A stretch of 64,000 nt of DNA from the NCBI GenBank assembly GCA_017452525.1, contig JAFTMG010000007.1, positions 6,418-70,417 on the forward strand. Direction: 5' to 3'. The stretch's first letter is position 1. Each line of letters opens with the position of its first letter. Positions 19,059-28,252 of the stretch are shown in pieces. This stretch comes from Clostridia bacterium (lineage in GTDB: Bacteria; Bacillota; Clostridia; Oscillospirales; CAG-272). Under the pieces are notes generated by a model. It was not told where the DNA came from, did not search any database, and was given only the letters and a program-made list of their open reading frames with translations. A program made the translations under genes and the position numbers.

Positions 19059-19763
19059 ATGGAACATACGAATGATCAAATTGCGTTGACGGTAAACCGT
19101 ATGACCTACCGTTACCGCACCCGCGGTGCGACCGAAAACGCGGTGGATGACGTCAGCTTTGAATTTGAATACGGTAAGGTGTATGCCATTGTGGGTAAGA
19201 GCGGGTGCGGCAAGACCACGTTGATCTCCAATATGGCAGGCTTGGATCTGCCTACGACCGGAGACGTGATCTTTGAGGGCGAAAGCACCCGTGTCATGGA
19301 CCGGTACGATTATCGCCGCGAGAAGGTTGCGGTGATCTATCAGAATTATAATCTGTTTCCGGTACTGACTGTCAAGGAAAACGTGCTGTATCCCATGCAG
19401 CTGAAAAACGTTCCCAAAAAGGAGCGGGAGCGGATCGCATGCGAAAAGCTGGAAGAAATGGGGCTAGGACGCTCCTATTGGAGACGCTTTCCCTCCATGC
19501 TTTCGGGCGGAGAGCAACAGCGCGTGGCTATTGCACGCGCGCTTGCGGGCGGGCAGCGGATCCTGCTTGCCGATGAACCGACCGGCAATCTGGATGCGGA
19601 AAACAGTGCCATCGTCATGAGTACCTTTCGAAAGCTGGCGCATGAGGATGGGTATTGTGTCATTATCGTGACCCACGATCCGCAAATTGCCGAGGAGTCC
19701 GACTGCATTGTTCGCATGTCCTCGGGAAAGATCGTTGGAGCAGAGGAAACAATGCATGCATAA
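19059..19763 (+). CDS. ABC transporter ATP-binding protein (MacB/LolD-type)
   Basis: Walker A GKSGCGKTT, signature LSGGEQQRVAIARAL, Walker B ILLADEPTGNLD. I prefer the ATG at 19059, just after the upstream stop, with a gaaaggaaa RBS. An in-frame ATG at 19050 is also possible. Confidence 0.9.
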   Translation: MEHTNDQIALTVNRMTYRYRTRGATENAVDDVSFEFEYGKVYAIVGKSGCGKTTLISNMAGLDLPTTGDVIFEGESTRVMDRYDYRREKVAVIYQNYNLFPVLTVKENVLYPMQLKNVPKKERERIACEKLEEMGLGRSYWRRFPSMLSGGEQQRVAIARALAGGQRILLADEPTGNLDAENSAIVMSTFRKLAHEDGYCVIIVTHDPQIAEESDCIVRMSSGKIVGAEETMHA

Positions 19764-19781
19764 ATGAACGGGAAAACAACG

Positions 19782-19811
19782 CCCCCCGAATGAGATTTTT
19801 CATTCGGGGGG
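19782..19811 (+). terminator. intrinsic terminator
   Basis: ccccccgaatga / tcattcgggggg 12-bp stem, followed by tattt. Confidence 0.75.
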
Positions 19812-19892
19812 TATTTGCGTTCCAATGACTGCGAAATATGGTGCTGTGAATTCTAAACAAAATTTATCGATCGATTTCGGCGGCTTTTACAA

Positions 19893-19921
19893 TTGACAGA
19901 ACGTTTTATAGATGATATAAT
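19893..19921 (+). promoter_or_regulatory. consensus sigma-A promoter (TTGACA-17-TATAAT)
   Basis: Hexamers at 19893..19898 and 19916..19921. Embedded in caattgacaga, the same string found at the 11739 promoter. Confidence 0.6.
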
Positions 19922-19986
19922 GGTGTCAAGGAACCAACGGAACACAATACGCGGTCAAAAGACCGTAAAAGAAAGGACGGACGGAT

Positions 19987-20532
19987 ATGAGTCAAGCATT
20001 ATTCAAGAAGATGGTACATTGGTTGGGGTTGGTGCTGTTGTTTTTTGCCATTGGCGCGCTGTTCAAGGCGTTGTTTTTGCAAGGAATGATCGCCGATTCG
20101 CTGGATCATGACGACGGTGCGGCGAAGGTGATCACGGTTCTCTTTTCGTTGGTTTTTCCCATCACGCTGTGTCTGAACTACGGTCTCCACGTCGGGCGCG
20201 AGAGTGAGACCCGCCGATTGACGGTCAAGCAAATGGATGCGGCTGATTTTGACGCGAGAGCGTTTTGGCGGGCGGAGTGCAAGCTGAATCTTTATCGTAC
20301 AGCCATTTTTCTCGGCGCGCAGATCCCCATGATGATCTTTTGCAGTGTGTTTGCCTATTCCTACGATTATCAGATCTTCCTCGAAGCCTTTTACGCAGGT
20401 ACGGCGGGGTTCTATGTGTTGACCCCTGTGGCGATCCTCGGTTGGCTTTTGTCGGGGATCTATCTGTTCGCGCTGTTGACGGTGACGCGGTATATTACCC
20501 TCCGCATCTGGCAGCGTGATTCTGCGGTATAA
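19987..20532 (+). CDS. hypothetical multi-pass membrane protein
   Basis: 181 aa with four or five hydrophobic helices. I recognise no family motif. Confidence 0.6.
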   Translation: MSQALFKKMVHWLGLVLLFFAIGALFKALFLQGMIADSLDHDDGAAKVITVLFSLVFPITLCLNYGLHVGRESETRRLTVKQMDAADFDARAFWRAECKLNLYRTAIFLGAQIPMMIFCSVFAYSYDYQIFLEAFYAGTAGFYVLTPVAILGWLLSGIYLFALLTVTRYITLRIWQRDSAV

Positions 20533-20548
20533 GCGAGGAGGGATTGAT

Positions 20549-21214
20549 ATGACAGATCCTCGAGAAGTTGCTTTGAATTGGTTGCTGTTTTTGCTTCAAT
20601 TGGCGGCGATCATCCTGATCGTGATCCTGTTTTTGACTTTGATCCGGTATCTGCGTATATTCCAAAAACGCGCCCGCGCGCTCAGGGATCTACGGAAATT
20701 GGCGCGGGAATGCGGTTACCGATATCAAAAAATGGGGCATTGCTATCGGTCGCTTTTTCGGAATTACGCACAGCCATATGTCGTATTGGAAAATGACGAT
20801 GTTCTTTATGCCATCCGATTTCTTCCAACATTGCGTAAAAACAGCATTGTTCAAATCCGCTCTCCGCAAGTATATCGCATCAACCGTCAATTCGGATATA
20901 TCCTCCCCAGCCGCAATGCGCGTATGCTGGCTGTGGCGCAGATCTTTCGCCCGGACAATGTCGGGGACGAACTGCTGTCCATGACACATAAAGAAATGCA
21001 TGAGTTTCAAAAGGGAGATCGGATCATGCCACGGATCGAGGTGCGGGAGAACGACAAGCCATGGCAAGAGATCATCATTCTCCATCCCGCCCCCATGCGC
21101 GCAGTGCAGGTGCATGACGGCAAGGAAAAGCAGTTGATTGGCGGCGAGACGATCAACGGCATCGGATATTACGATATGTACGGCTTTTGTGAGACACTTC
21201 GGCGGAAAAAGTAA
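20549..21214 (+). CDS. hypothetical membrane-anchored protein (paralog of 11803..12438)
   Basis: ATG at 20549 after a gaggagg RBS. One N-terminal TM, a basic linker, then a soluble domain that aligns with the 11803 protein. Confidence 0.65.
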   Translation: MTDPREVALNWLLFLLQLAAIILIVILFLTLIRYLRIFQKRARALRDLRKLARECGYRYQKMGHCYRSLFRNYAQPYVVLENDDVLYAIRFLPTLRKNSIVQIRSPQVYRINRQFGYILPSRNARMLAVAQIFRPDNVGDELLSMTHKEMHEFQKGDRIMPRIEVRENDKPWQEIIILHPAPMRAVQVHDGKEKQLIGGETINGIGYYDMYGFCETLRRKK

Positions 21215-21318
21215 CTATTTTTTATATTGACATGTACATTTTCTATTTTCTTTTGCGAAAAGATGTGTTATAATCAAACCATCAAATCTTTTATCAAAAG
21301 ACTATGGAGGTACATATC

Positions 21319-22581
21319 ATGTCGAACAAGATCAGAGTAGGCGTTCTCGGTGTTTACCGCGGCGGCAGTATGATGAAATATTGCAATATCGCGGACAATG
21401 CGGAGCTGGTTGCTATTTGCGACAAATGGGAAGAAGGCTTGGAGCGCAAGAAAAAAGAGCTCAATAACGAAAATATCACCTATTACACCAATTTTGAGGA
21501 TTTTATCAAGCACGATATGGATGCGGTCGTGCTCGCCAACTATGCCAACGAGCATGCGCCCTTTGCCATCAAGTGTCTGAAGGCAGGCAAGCACGTGTTC
21601 AGCGAGGTTTTGCCCGTGCAGACCATGAAGGAGGCTGTCGAGCTGATCGAAGCCGTAGAGGAGACGGGGCTGATCTACGCTTACGGCGAAAATTACTGCT
21701 ATATGCCCGCCCCTTATGAGATGCGCAAGCTCTACCGCGAGGGCAAGATCGGTGAGTTTGAATACGGTGAGGGCGAATATGTCCACAACTGCGAGCCCAT
21801 CTGGCACAAGATCACCTACGGCGATCGCAACCATTGGCGCAATCATATGTATGCCAACTTCTACTGTACTCACTCCATCGGTCCGCTGGTCCACATCACC
21901 GGTCTGCGCCCCGTCAAGGTCACCGGCTTTGAAAGTGGCATGAACGAAAGAAAGCTGCGCAACGGCAGCTACAGCGGTCTGTTCGGCATTGAGATGATCG
22001 AGATGGAAAACGGCGGTATCGTCAAGAGCATCCACGGCGATCTTTACAGAGATTCGATCTGGTATACCGTTTACGGCTCCAAGGGACGTATGGAATCGGC
22101 AAGAGAGGATGCCAAGCTGGAGGATGTCAAGACCATTTACGTTCATTGCGACGAGTCCTCGGGTGCTTACAACACCAAAAAGCTGGAGACATACAAGCCC
22201 GTGATGGGTGCTGAGGGAAAGGATTCCTCCTTCGGTCACGGCGGCTCGGATTTCTACAGCATGTATCACTTCATTGAGAAGATCAAGGGCAATCCCGATG
22301 CCGATACCATCGATGTTTACGAGGCACTGGATATGTTCTTGCCGGGTATGTTCGCTTATCGTTCCGTCATGGCGGGCGGCATCCCCATGGAGATCCCCAA
22401 CTTGCGCGATCAAGCGGTCCGTGAGCTATGGCGCAATGACACCGCTTGCACCGACCCCAAGGTGGCGGGCGACATGCTTCTGCCTGTTTACTCCAAGGGC
22501 AATGTGGATATCCCCGAGGAGGTCTATGACCGCGTGAAAGAAAAGTGGCATCAGCACCTGGAGCAGACCGCCAAGAAATAA
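21319..22581 (+). CDS. Gfo/Idh/MocA family oxidoreductase
   Basis: N-terminal Rossmann IRVGVLGVYRGG and the family layout. GGAGG RBS before the ATG at 21319. Confidence 0.8.
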   Translation: MSNKIRVGVLGVYRGGSMMKYCNIADNAELVAICDKWEEGLERKKKELNNENITYYTNFEDFIKHDMDAVVLANYANEHAPFAIKCLKAGKHVFSEVLPVQTMKEAVELIEAVEETGLIYAYGENYCYMPAPYEMRKLYREGKIGEFEYGEGEYVHNCEPIWHKITYGDRNHWRNHMYANFYCTHSIGPLVHITGLRPVKVTGFESGMNERKLRNGSYSGLFGIEMIEMENGGIVKSIHGDLYRDSIWYTVYGSKGRMESAREDAKLEDVKTIYVHCDESSGAYNTKKLETYKPVMGAEGKDSSFGHGGSDFYSMYHFIEKIKGNPDADTIDVYEALDMFLPGMFAYRSVMAGGIPMEIPNLRDQAVRELWRNDTACTDPKVAGDMLLPVYSKGNVDIPEEVYDRVKEKWHQHLEQTAKK

Positions 22582-22601
22582 TCCGTGGGGAGACGGTTGC
22601 T

Positions 22602-23405
22602 ATGGAGAATATCTGCAAGTTCATTCCGGTCAGTTCCACTACGGATATCATTCAGACACTGAATTTTGTGCATGAGACCAAGAGGCACGCCGCGGCAGAG
22701 GAAAAGATCGCCATCTACCGAGTTCACTACGTAACCGCCGGGAGCGGCCTGGTTCAATGCGGCGGCGTATGCAAGGAGCTTCATCCGGGAGACGTGTTTT
22801 TCGCCTTTCCCGCGGTACCGTTCACCTTGAGCGGGGATAATCGGTTCAGCTATATGTATATCAGCTATATCGGTCTCCGTGCCAATGCGGTGATGGAGCG
22901 GCTGAGGATCAACAGCAGAAATTTTTACTTTCCCGATCTCGGCGAGCTGGAGCAGATCTGGCGGCAGGGAATATCCTTGAAGAGCGATCTGCTCGATCTG
23001 ATGAGTGAGAGTGTGCTGCTCCACACGCTGGCGCGGATCGGAGAGCGAGCTTACGTGAAGGAAGACCGCACCGGTACCGGCGGAGGATCGGAAACCTTTC
23101 TGACGATCAAGAAATATATCGACGACCATTTTTCGGACAGCGCGCTTTCGTTGGAGCATATCAGCGAGAAATTTTCTTATAATAAGAAATATCTGTCCAC
23201 GGCATTCAAGAAGCATTTCAAGATCGGCGTGGTGGAATATATCAACACCGTGCGGATCAATTATGCCTGTGAGCTGATACGTCGGGGATATACGGGGGTC
23301 ACGGATATTGCGGGACTCTGCGGATATCGGGACGCGCTGTATTTCTCCAAGGTGTTCAAGCGTAAAACGGGGCAATCCCCCAAAAGTTATATCAGCGAAA
23401 TTTAA
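22602..23405 (+). CDS. AraC family transcriptional regulator
   Basis: Cupin-like N-terminus and a C-terminal double HTH (ISEKFSYNKKYLSTAFKK..GYRDALYFSKVFKRKTGQSP). Confidence 0.85.
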   Translation: MENICKFIPVSSTTDIIQTLNFVHETKRHAAAEEKIAIYRVHYVTAGSGLVQCGGVCKELHPGDVFFAFPAVPFTLSGDNRFSYMYISYIGLRANAVMERLRINSRNFYFPDLGELEQIWRQGISLKSDLLDLMSESVLLHTLARIGERAYVKEDRTGTGGGSETFLTIKKYIDDHFSDSALSLEHISEKFSYNKKYLSTAFKKHFKIGVVEYINTVRINYACELIRRGYTGVTDIAGLCGYRDALYFSKVFKRKTGQSPKSYISEI

Positions 23406-23454
23406 AAATATCACCACCGACACACAGCCGGTGGTGATATTTTCATGATTGGAA

Positions 23455-24552
23455 TTACTTTTCCATCCAGATCGGGTTGCCGATGGCGGCGGGGAAGCCG
23501 TCGCTCTGGCGCATGATCTCGGCGCGGTAGAACTTGCGAGGCTTGACCTCGATGGCGCGCTCGAAGGGAAGGGTGATGGGCGCGGAATAAGCGAGACCCT
23601 CATCGGTAATGATGTTGAGGTAGTAGATCTCCTTTTCGTCGAAGAGTTGGGGATGCGCGTCATCGACCTTGATGAGCAACTGCATGCCGTCCTCATACTT
23701 CATGGTGGAGCCGACGGGGTTGTCGCCGATGCACATCTTAATGCCCATGTAGCCGGAGTTCAGGTCGCCTGCGCGAAGCTGCTGAACGAAATCGGCGCAA
23801 TGCTGGCGCTTGGTGTATACGGTGTTCAGCGCCTTGTTGTGAGGCTTGCCGTGAGCGTCGCTGGTGGCGGTGTTGGGCATCTTCATGCCGGCGGCGAGCA
23901 TTTTCATCCAAAGCTCATAGTTCTGCGCGGTGTGGAGATACCAGCGCTTGTGGTTGGCGGAGCAGCAGTAAATGATCTCCATCGCGATGCCGTCGCCGAA
24001 GTTGTAGTCGTTAAGGTTGTCGCTGATCAGCTGCTGCATGGGATGCGCGTGAACAAAGGCACCGCCCTCTGCCAATACAGCCTGCTTGACCTCCTCAAAG
24101 CGGTCGTAATCAACGCGGATATATTTGAAATGCCCCTCAACGCCGCCCTCAAACTCGAATACGTCGGGGAATTTCTCCAATACGCGCTCAAGACCTCCGA
24201 TGTCCTGGAAGATCATCAGATAGTGGAAGGTGAGATGCGGCTCGTGCCACAGTCCAGCCGGCTCGGAGCCGTAAAGGAAGTACTTGGGGTCGAAGCAATC
24301 GAGATACTGATGGCGGACCTGACGGTGATCCATCAAGCCGACAAAGTCGATGCCCAGCTCCTTCATGGCAACCAGCCATTCCTCGGGCGTGGTTTTGCCG
24401 TCGCTGGTGCCACCGGAGTTGCTGTGTACGTGGTAGTCGCCGTAATATGCGGTACGCCCCTCATACATTTTGTCAAGCGCCGTAAAATCGGGATCAAGAA
24501 TGACGGTATGCGGGTCTGCGGGCAGATTAAAATCGCGAATGATATGTTTCAT
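23455..24552 (-). CDS. PHP-domain-like metallohydrolase (CehA/McbA-type)
   Basis: YGDYHVHSNSGGTSDG, MDHRQV and HAHP histidine clusters are typical of the PHP superfamily. The specific function is unknown. Confidence 0.6.
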   Translation of the reverse strand: MKHIIRDFNLPADPHTVILDPDFTALDKMYEGRTAYYGDYHVHSNSGGTSDGKTTPEEWLVAMKELGIDFVGLMDHRQVRHQYLDCFDPKYFLYGSEPAGLWHEPHLTFHYLMIFQDIGGLERVLEKFPDVFEFEGGVEGHFKYIRVDYDRFEEVKQAVLAEGGAFVHAHPMQQLISDNLNDYNFGDGIAMEIIYCCSANHKRWYLHTAQNYELWMKMLAAGMKMPNTATSDAHGKPHNKALNTVYTKRQHCADFVQQLRAGDLNSGYMGIKMCIGDNPVGSTMKYEDGMQLLIKVDDAHPQLFDEKEIYYLNIITDEGLAYSAPITLPFERAIEVKPRKFYRAEIMRQSDGFPAAIGNPIWMEK

Positions 24553-24675
24553 AATACGCCTCCCAAAAGAGATATTTACGAAATGTCGATGGGTCTATTG
24601 TAGCATACTTTTTTGACTTTTTCAATATAAAATGGGAAATCTTGTCGAGTTCTCTGGAGACTTTTCGGGGTTGAG

Positions 24676-25443
24676 TTATTTGGCATTCTTCCGATACTCC
24701 GCCGGTGTTTGTCCGACGGCTTCCCGGAATCGTTTGCCGAAATAGCTGGGGCTGTCAAAGCCGCACATCCGACCCACCTTTTCGATGGGATCGGTGCCGT
24801 ATTTGAGAACTCGTTTGGCTTTGGCGATGCGGATGCGGTTCAGATCGTCCATGACCGTCACGCCGCGCTCGCTTTTATAGGTGCGGCAGAGGGTAAAACG
24901 GTCCACGGAAAATTCGTCGGCAATGTCGTAGAGCGTCAGCGGCTCGGAATAACGCTGCTCCAACATCTGTAAAACGCGGGTCGAAAGGGTATCGGCAGAG
25001 GAAAGAATGGTGGAAAACAGCTCCGTCACATAGGCATAGCCTGCCGCAGAGCGGGAGAGCAGGGTACTTTTGCCGTTGGCGTGTGCCATCAGGTGTGCGG
25101 TCTCGCGATCCAGATAAGGCGGGACGGTGAAGCGCAGATACTCACCCACGCCGAGATAATCCAGCGTTTTCGGCGAAAGGGTAAAGGTGCACCACGCGGT
25201 ATGGAAGGGCTTGCCTTCATAGCTGTGCGGCACGTTGGCGCGCATAAAAACGCCCTCGCCGACGCCAAGCGTGAACCGTTCGCCCGCAATCTCAAAGCAT
25301 CCGCTGCCCTCCTTGACCCAAATGAATTGATGATGGTTAAAGCCTTCGGGGCGGTGAACGGGAATTTGTTTGACGCTTTCCCCGAGTGTGGTCAGCACGA
25401 AGGGAAGCTCAATTTCTCTGTTTTTGTGTATCTCTGCAAACAT
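24676..25443 (-). CDS. AraC family transcriptional regulator
   Basis: Cupin N-terminus plus an AraC HTH C-terminus (IADEFSVDRFTLCRTYK..GFDSPSYFGKRFREAVGQTPAEYRK). Confidence 0.85.
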   Translation of the reverse strand: MFAEIHKNREIELPFVLTTLGESVKQIPVHRPEGFNHHQFIWVKEGSGCFEIAGERFTLGVGEGVFMRANVPHSYEGKPFHTAWCTFTLSPKTLDYLGVGEYLRFTVPPYLDRETAHLMAHANGKSTLLSRSAAGYAYVTELFSTILSSADTLSTRVLQMLEQRYSEPLTLYDIADEFSVDRFTLCRTYKSERGVTVMDDLNRIRIAKAKRVLKYGTDPIEKVGRMCGFDSPSYFGKRFREAVGQTPAEYRKNAK

Positions 25444-25585
25444 TTTACAATATCCTTATATCCAAAACAATAATTTGTCATTGATTTTTGATTTTCATTG
25501 CAATATAATTATATCAAAGCATGGGGTGAAAGTAAACCCCGAAAATCAAAAAATATTGCCGTTTTTATGCGGCGAGGAGGTTATT

Positions 25586-26596
25586 ATGGGAAAGATCAGA
25601 TTGGGTCTCATTGGTTGCGGCGGCCGTGCCAAAGCACATATGAAGAGTTGGGTCAAAATGGAGAATGTCGCCGTCGTTGCTGTGGCAGATCCCATTGAGG
25701 AGCGCCGCGTCGCCGCTGCTCAGATGTTTGGCTGCACCAATATCTATGCCAACCACACCGAGCTGTATGACAATTGCGCAAAGGAGCTTGACGCTGTCAT
25801 CATTTGCGTTGAGCCTACCGCGCATGCCGATATCGAGCTTCGCGCCATCGAGCTGGGCATCCCCTTTTTGGTAGAGAAGCCGATGACGCTGGATCTTGAT
25901 TTCGCAGACCGTATTGCGGCAGGCGTTAAAGAGAAGAATCTGATCACCTGTGTTGGCTTCCAGGACAGATATCAGGATCTGACCGATATTATTAAGGAAG
26001 AAATGCCTAAGCACAAGCCGGGCGGCTTGGTTTGGGGCTCCTGGGTCGGCGGTATTCCCGGTGTTTGGTGGTGGCAGAAGAAGGATGACTGCGGCGGTCA
26101 GCTGGTGGAGCAGAATATCCACCTTCTGGACGAGCTTCGCTATCTCTTCGGCGAGCCGCTCTCCGTTTATGCTACCGCGTCCCGCGGCATCGTCAAGGCA
26201 GGCGAGGGGGCATCGGCTGAGTACGACACCGATGACCACTCCACCGCAGTCTTCCGTTTCCCCAATAACGTCACCGCGACTCTGGTCAGCGGCTGTTACA
26301 TCAAGCCTCAGCAGAATGCCCGCCGTCCCCGTTGCGGTCTCTATATCACGCTGGAGGATATCATTTTTGACTACCGTCTGCGCAACAATCTGATCATTGA
26401 GACGCCTGCCGAGACCAGAGACATCCCGCGCAAGGCAGACCAGACCGAGACGCTGGACGTCGCTTTCATCAAGGCGCTGGAAACGGGCGACAGAAGCCTC
26501 ATCCGCTCCGATTATGAGGACGCGCTCAAGAGCCTGAAGATCTGCTTTGCCGCCAACAAGTCCATGGAGACGGGCGAAGTGATTTATTTTGACTGA
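25586..26596 (+). CDS. Gfo/Idh/MocA family oxidoreductase
   Basis: Start trimmed to MGKIRLGLIGCGGRAKAH after a gaggagg RBS. Rossmann fold plus the family C-terminal domain. Confidence 0.85.
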   Translation: MGKIRLGLIGCGGRAKAHMKSWVKMENVAVVAVADPIEERRVAAAQMFGCTNIYANHTELYDNCAKELDAVIICVEPTAHADIELRAIELGIPFLVEKPMTLDLDFADRIAAGVKEKNLITCVGFQDRYQDLTDIIKEEMPKHKPGGLVWGSWVGGIPGVWWWQKKDDCGGQLVEQNIHLLDELRYLFGEPLSVYATASRGIVKAGEGASAEYDTDDHSTAVFRFPNNVTATLVSGCYIKPQQNARRPRCGLYITLEDIIFDYRLRNNLIIETPAETRDIPRKADQTETLDVAFIKALETGDRSLIRSDYEDALKSLKICFAANKSMETGEVIYFD

Positions 26597-26610
26597 GGAG
26601 GATGTGCCGT

Positions 26611-27366
26611 ATGAGATTTTGTGTTGCCGTTCCTTGTTTTTTCAAGGGTGTGGATTTTTGTGACGCACTCCGTCAGATCGCCGCTCTCGGCTACGATGCC
26701 GCCGAGACCTACAATTGGAAGAGCCTTGATCTGGATGCTGTCAAGAAGACCATCTACGAGACCGGTGTGGAGCTGCTCAGCATGTGTACCACCGATTTCC
26801 GTCTGACCGAGCCCGAGTGCCGCCAGATCTGGCTGGACGGTCTGCTGGAGAGCTGTATTGCCGCGCAGAAGCTCGGTGTACACCGTCTGATCACGCAGGT
26901 CGGCAAGGATACGGGCGCGCCCCGCGAGGAGCAGCATGCCTCCATCGTGGCAGGCTTGAAGGCTGCGGGCCCGATCCTTGAGAAATACGACGTCACCATT
27001 ATGATCGAGCCGCTGAATACCTACGTCAACCATCCCGGTTATTATCTGTGGTCGTCTGTGGAGGCGTTTGAGATCATTCGCGAGGTCGATCATCCCAACG
27101 TCAAGGTGATCTACGATATCTACCATCAGCAGGTTATGGAAGGGAATATCATTCCGAATATCACCAAGAACCTTGATTGCATTGCGCATCTGCATGCCGC
27201 GGGTCACCCGGGTCGCAATGAGATGCAGTACGGCGAAAGCGATTACAAAAATATCATCAAAGCCGTGGATGCAGCCGGATATACCGGCGCGCTGGGTCTG
27301 GAATACCGCCCGCTACTCGATCCCATCGAGAGCCTGAAGTCGGTCAAGGAGATCTACGGTCAATAA
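26611..27366 (+). CDS. sugar phosphate isomerase/epimerase (xylose-isomerase-like TIM barrel; hydroxypyruvate-isomerase-like)
   Basis: Family layout, with IEPLN and HLHAAGHPGRNE motifs. ATG at 26611, 9 nt after gaggagg. Confidence 0.75.
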   Translation: MRFCVAVPCFFKGVDFCDALRQIAALGYDAAETYNWKSLDLDAVKKTIYETGVELLSMCTTDFRLTEPECRQIWLDGLLESCIAAQKLGVHRLITQVGKDTGAPREEQHASIVAGLKAAGPILEKYDVTIMIEPLNTYVNHPGYYLWSSVEAFEIIREVDHPNVKVIYDIYHQQVMEGNIIPNITKNLDCIAHLHAAGHPGRNEMQYGESDYKNIIKAVDAAGYTGALGLEYRPLLDPIESLKSVKEIYGQ

Positions 27367-27486
27367 GCTGTTGGGGCGGATCCTTCGGGATCAGCCCCTT
27401 TTTATGAGGGAAGTTTCGAAATCGTATTGTAAACTTTTTCATTGGGTGTTATAATATAGATATATCGGGATCCGGGGGAGGCACGT

Positions 27487-28239
27487 ATGAATATAGATCG
27501 GCTTTTGCGTGAAATTTCTGAAGCTTACAGGCAGATCCTCGGCGACCGCCTGGTCGGTATCTACGTACATGGCTCCATAGCCTTCGGGTGCTTTGATCCG
27601 CGGGTCAGCGATATCGATTTTCTTGTCGTGGTAGATCGTCCGATATCCCTGCAGCAAAAAACAGCATTGATCGAGGTTCTTCTGTCGCGTGAGCCCCATG
27701 CCCCGCCGAAGGGGTTTGAGATGAGTGTCGTATTGAGGGGCGTGTGTGATCCCTTTGTTTATCCCACGCCGTACGAGCTTCATTATTCCGCCGCCTATGC
27801 GGCGGCGGCGCGGGAGGATCTTGTACGATACTGCGAGGGGATGCACGGTATTGATAGGGATCTTGCGGCACACGTCACCGTAACGAGAGCGGTGGGGCTG
27901 GTCCTTTGCGGCAAACCGATCGGCGAGGTGTTTGGTGAAGTGCCGCGCGAAGACTATCTGGACAGCATCCGTTTCGACGTGGAAAATGCGGCGGAGGATA
28001 TTTCCGAGCATCCGGTGTACGTTATCTTGAATTTGTGCCGCGTTGCGGCATTTTTGAGAGAGGGACTTGTCATCTCCAAAAAGGACGGCGGAGCGTGGGG
28101 ATCGTCTCATTTGCCCGCGGTGTATCGCCCCGTGATCCGGTCGGCGTTGTACGCCTATACCGAAGGGCGGCCGTATGAGAAAAATGAATCGATTGAGCAG
28201 AAGTTCGCGGCGATGATGCTTGCCGAGATCTTTGCATGA
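27487..28239 (+). CDS. aminoglycoside-adenylyltransferase-like nucleotidyltransferase (NTase domain plus DUF4111-like C-terminus)
   Basis: GIYVHGSIAFGCFDPRVSDIDFLVVV is the G-S..D-x-D nucleotidyltransferase motif. Length and C-terminal half resemble the AadA/ANT(3'')/ANT(9) family. Confidence 0.65.
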   Translation: MNIDRLLREISEAYRQILGDRLVGIYVHGSIAFGCFDPRVSDIDFLVVVDRPISLQQKTALIEVLLSREPHAPPKGFEMSVVLRGVCDPFVYPTPYELHYSAAYAAAAREDLVRYCEGMHGIDRDLAAHVTVTRAVGLVLCGKPIGEVFGEVPREDYLDSIRFDVENAAEDISEHPVYVILNLCRVAAFLREGLVISKKDGGAWGSSHLPAVYRPVIRSALYAYTEGRPYEKNESIEQKFAAMMLAEIFA

Positions 28240-28252
28240 AAGGGTGTTTTTT

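Noticed and set aside
21319-27366. The AraC / Gfo-Idh-MocA / PHP / TIM-barrel gene block, considered as a possible novel system.
   Set aside because: The composition and gene families fit ordinary AraC-controlled sugar or inositol-like catabolic modules common in gut Clostridia. Nothing in the sequence stands out structurally.
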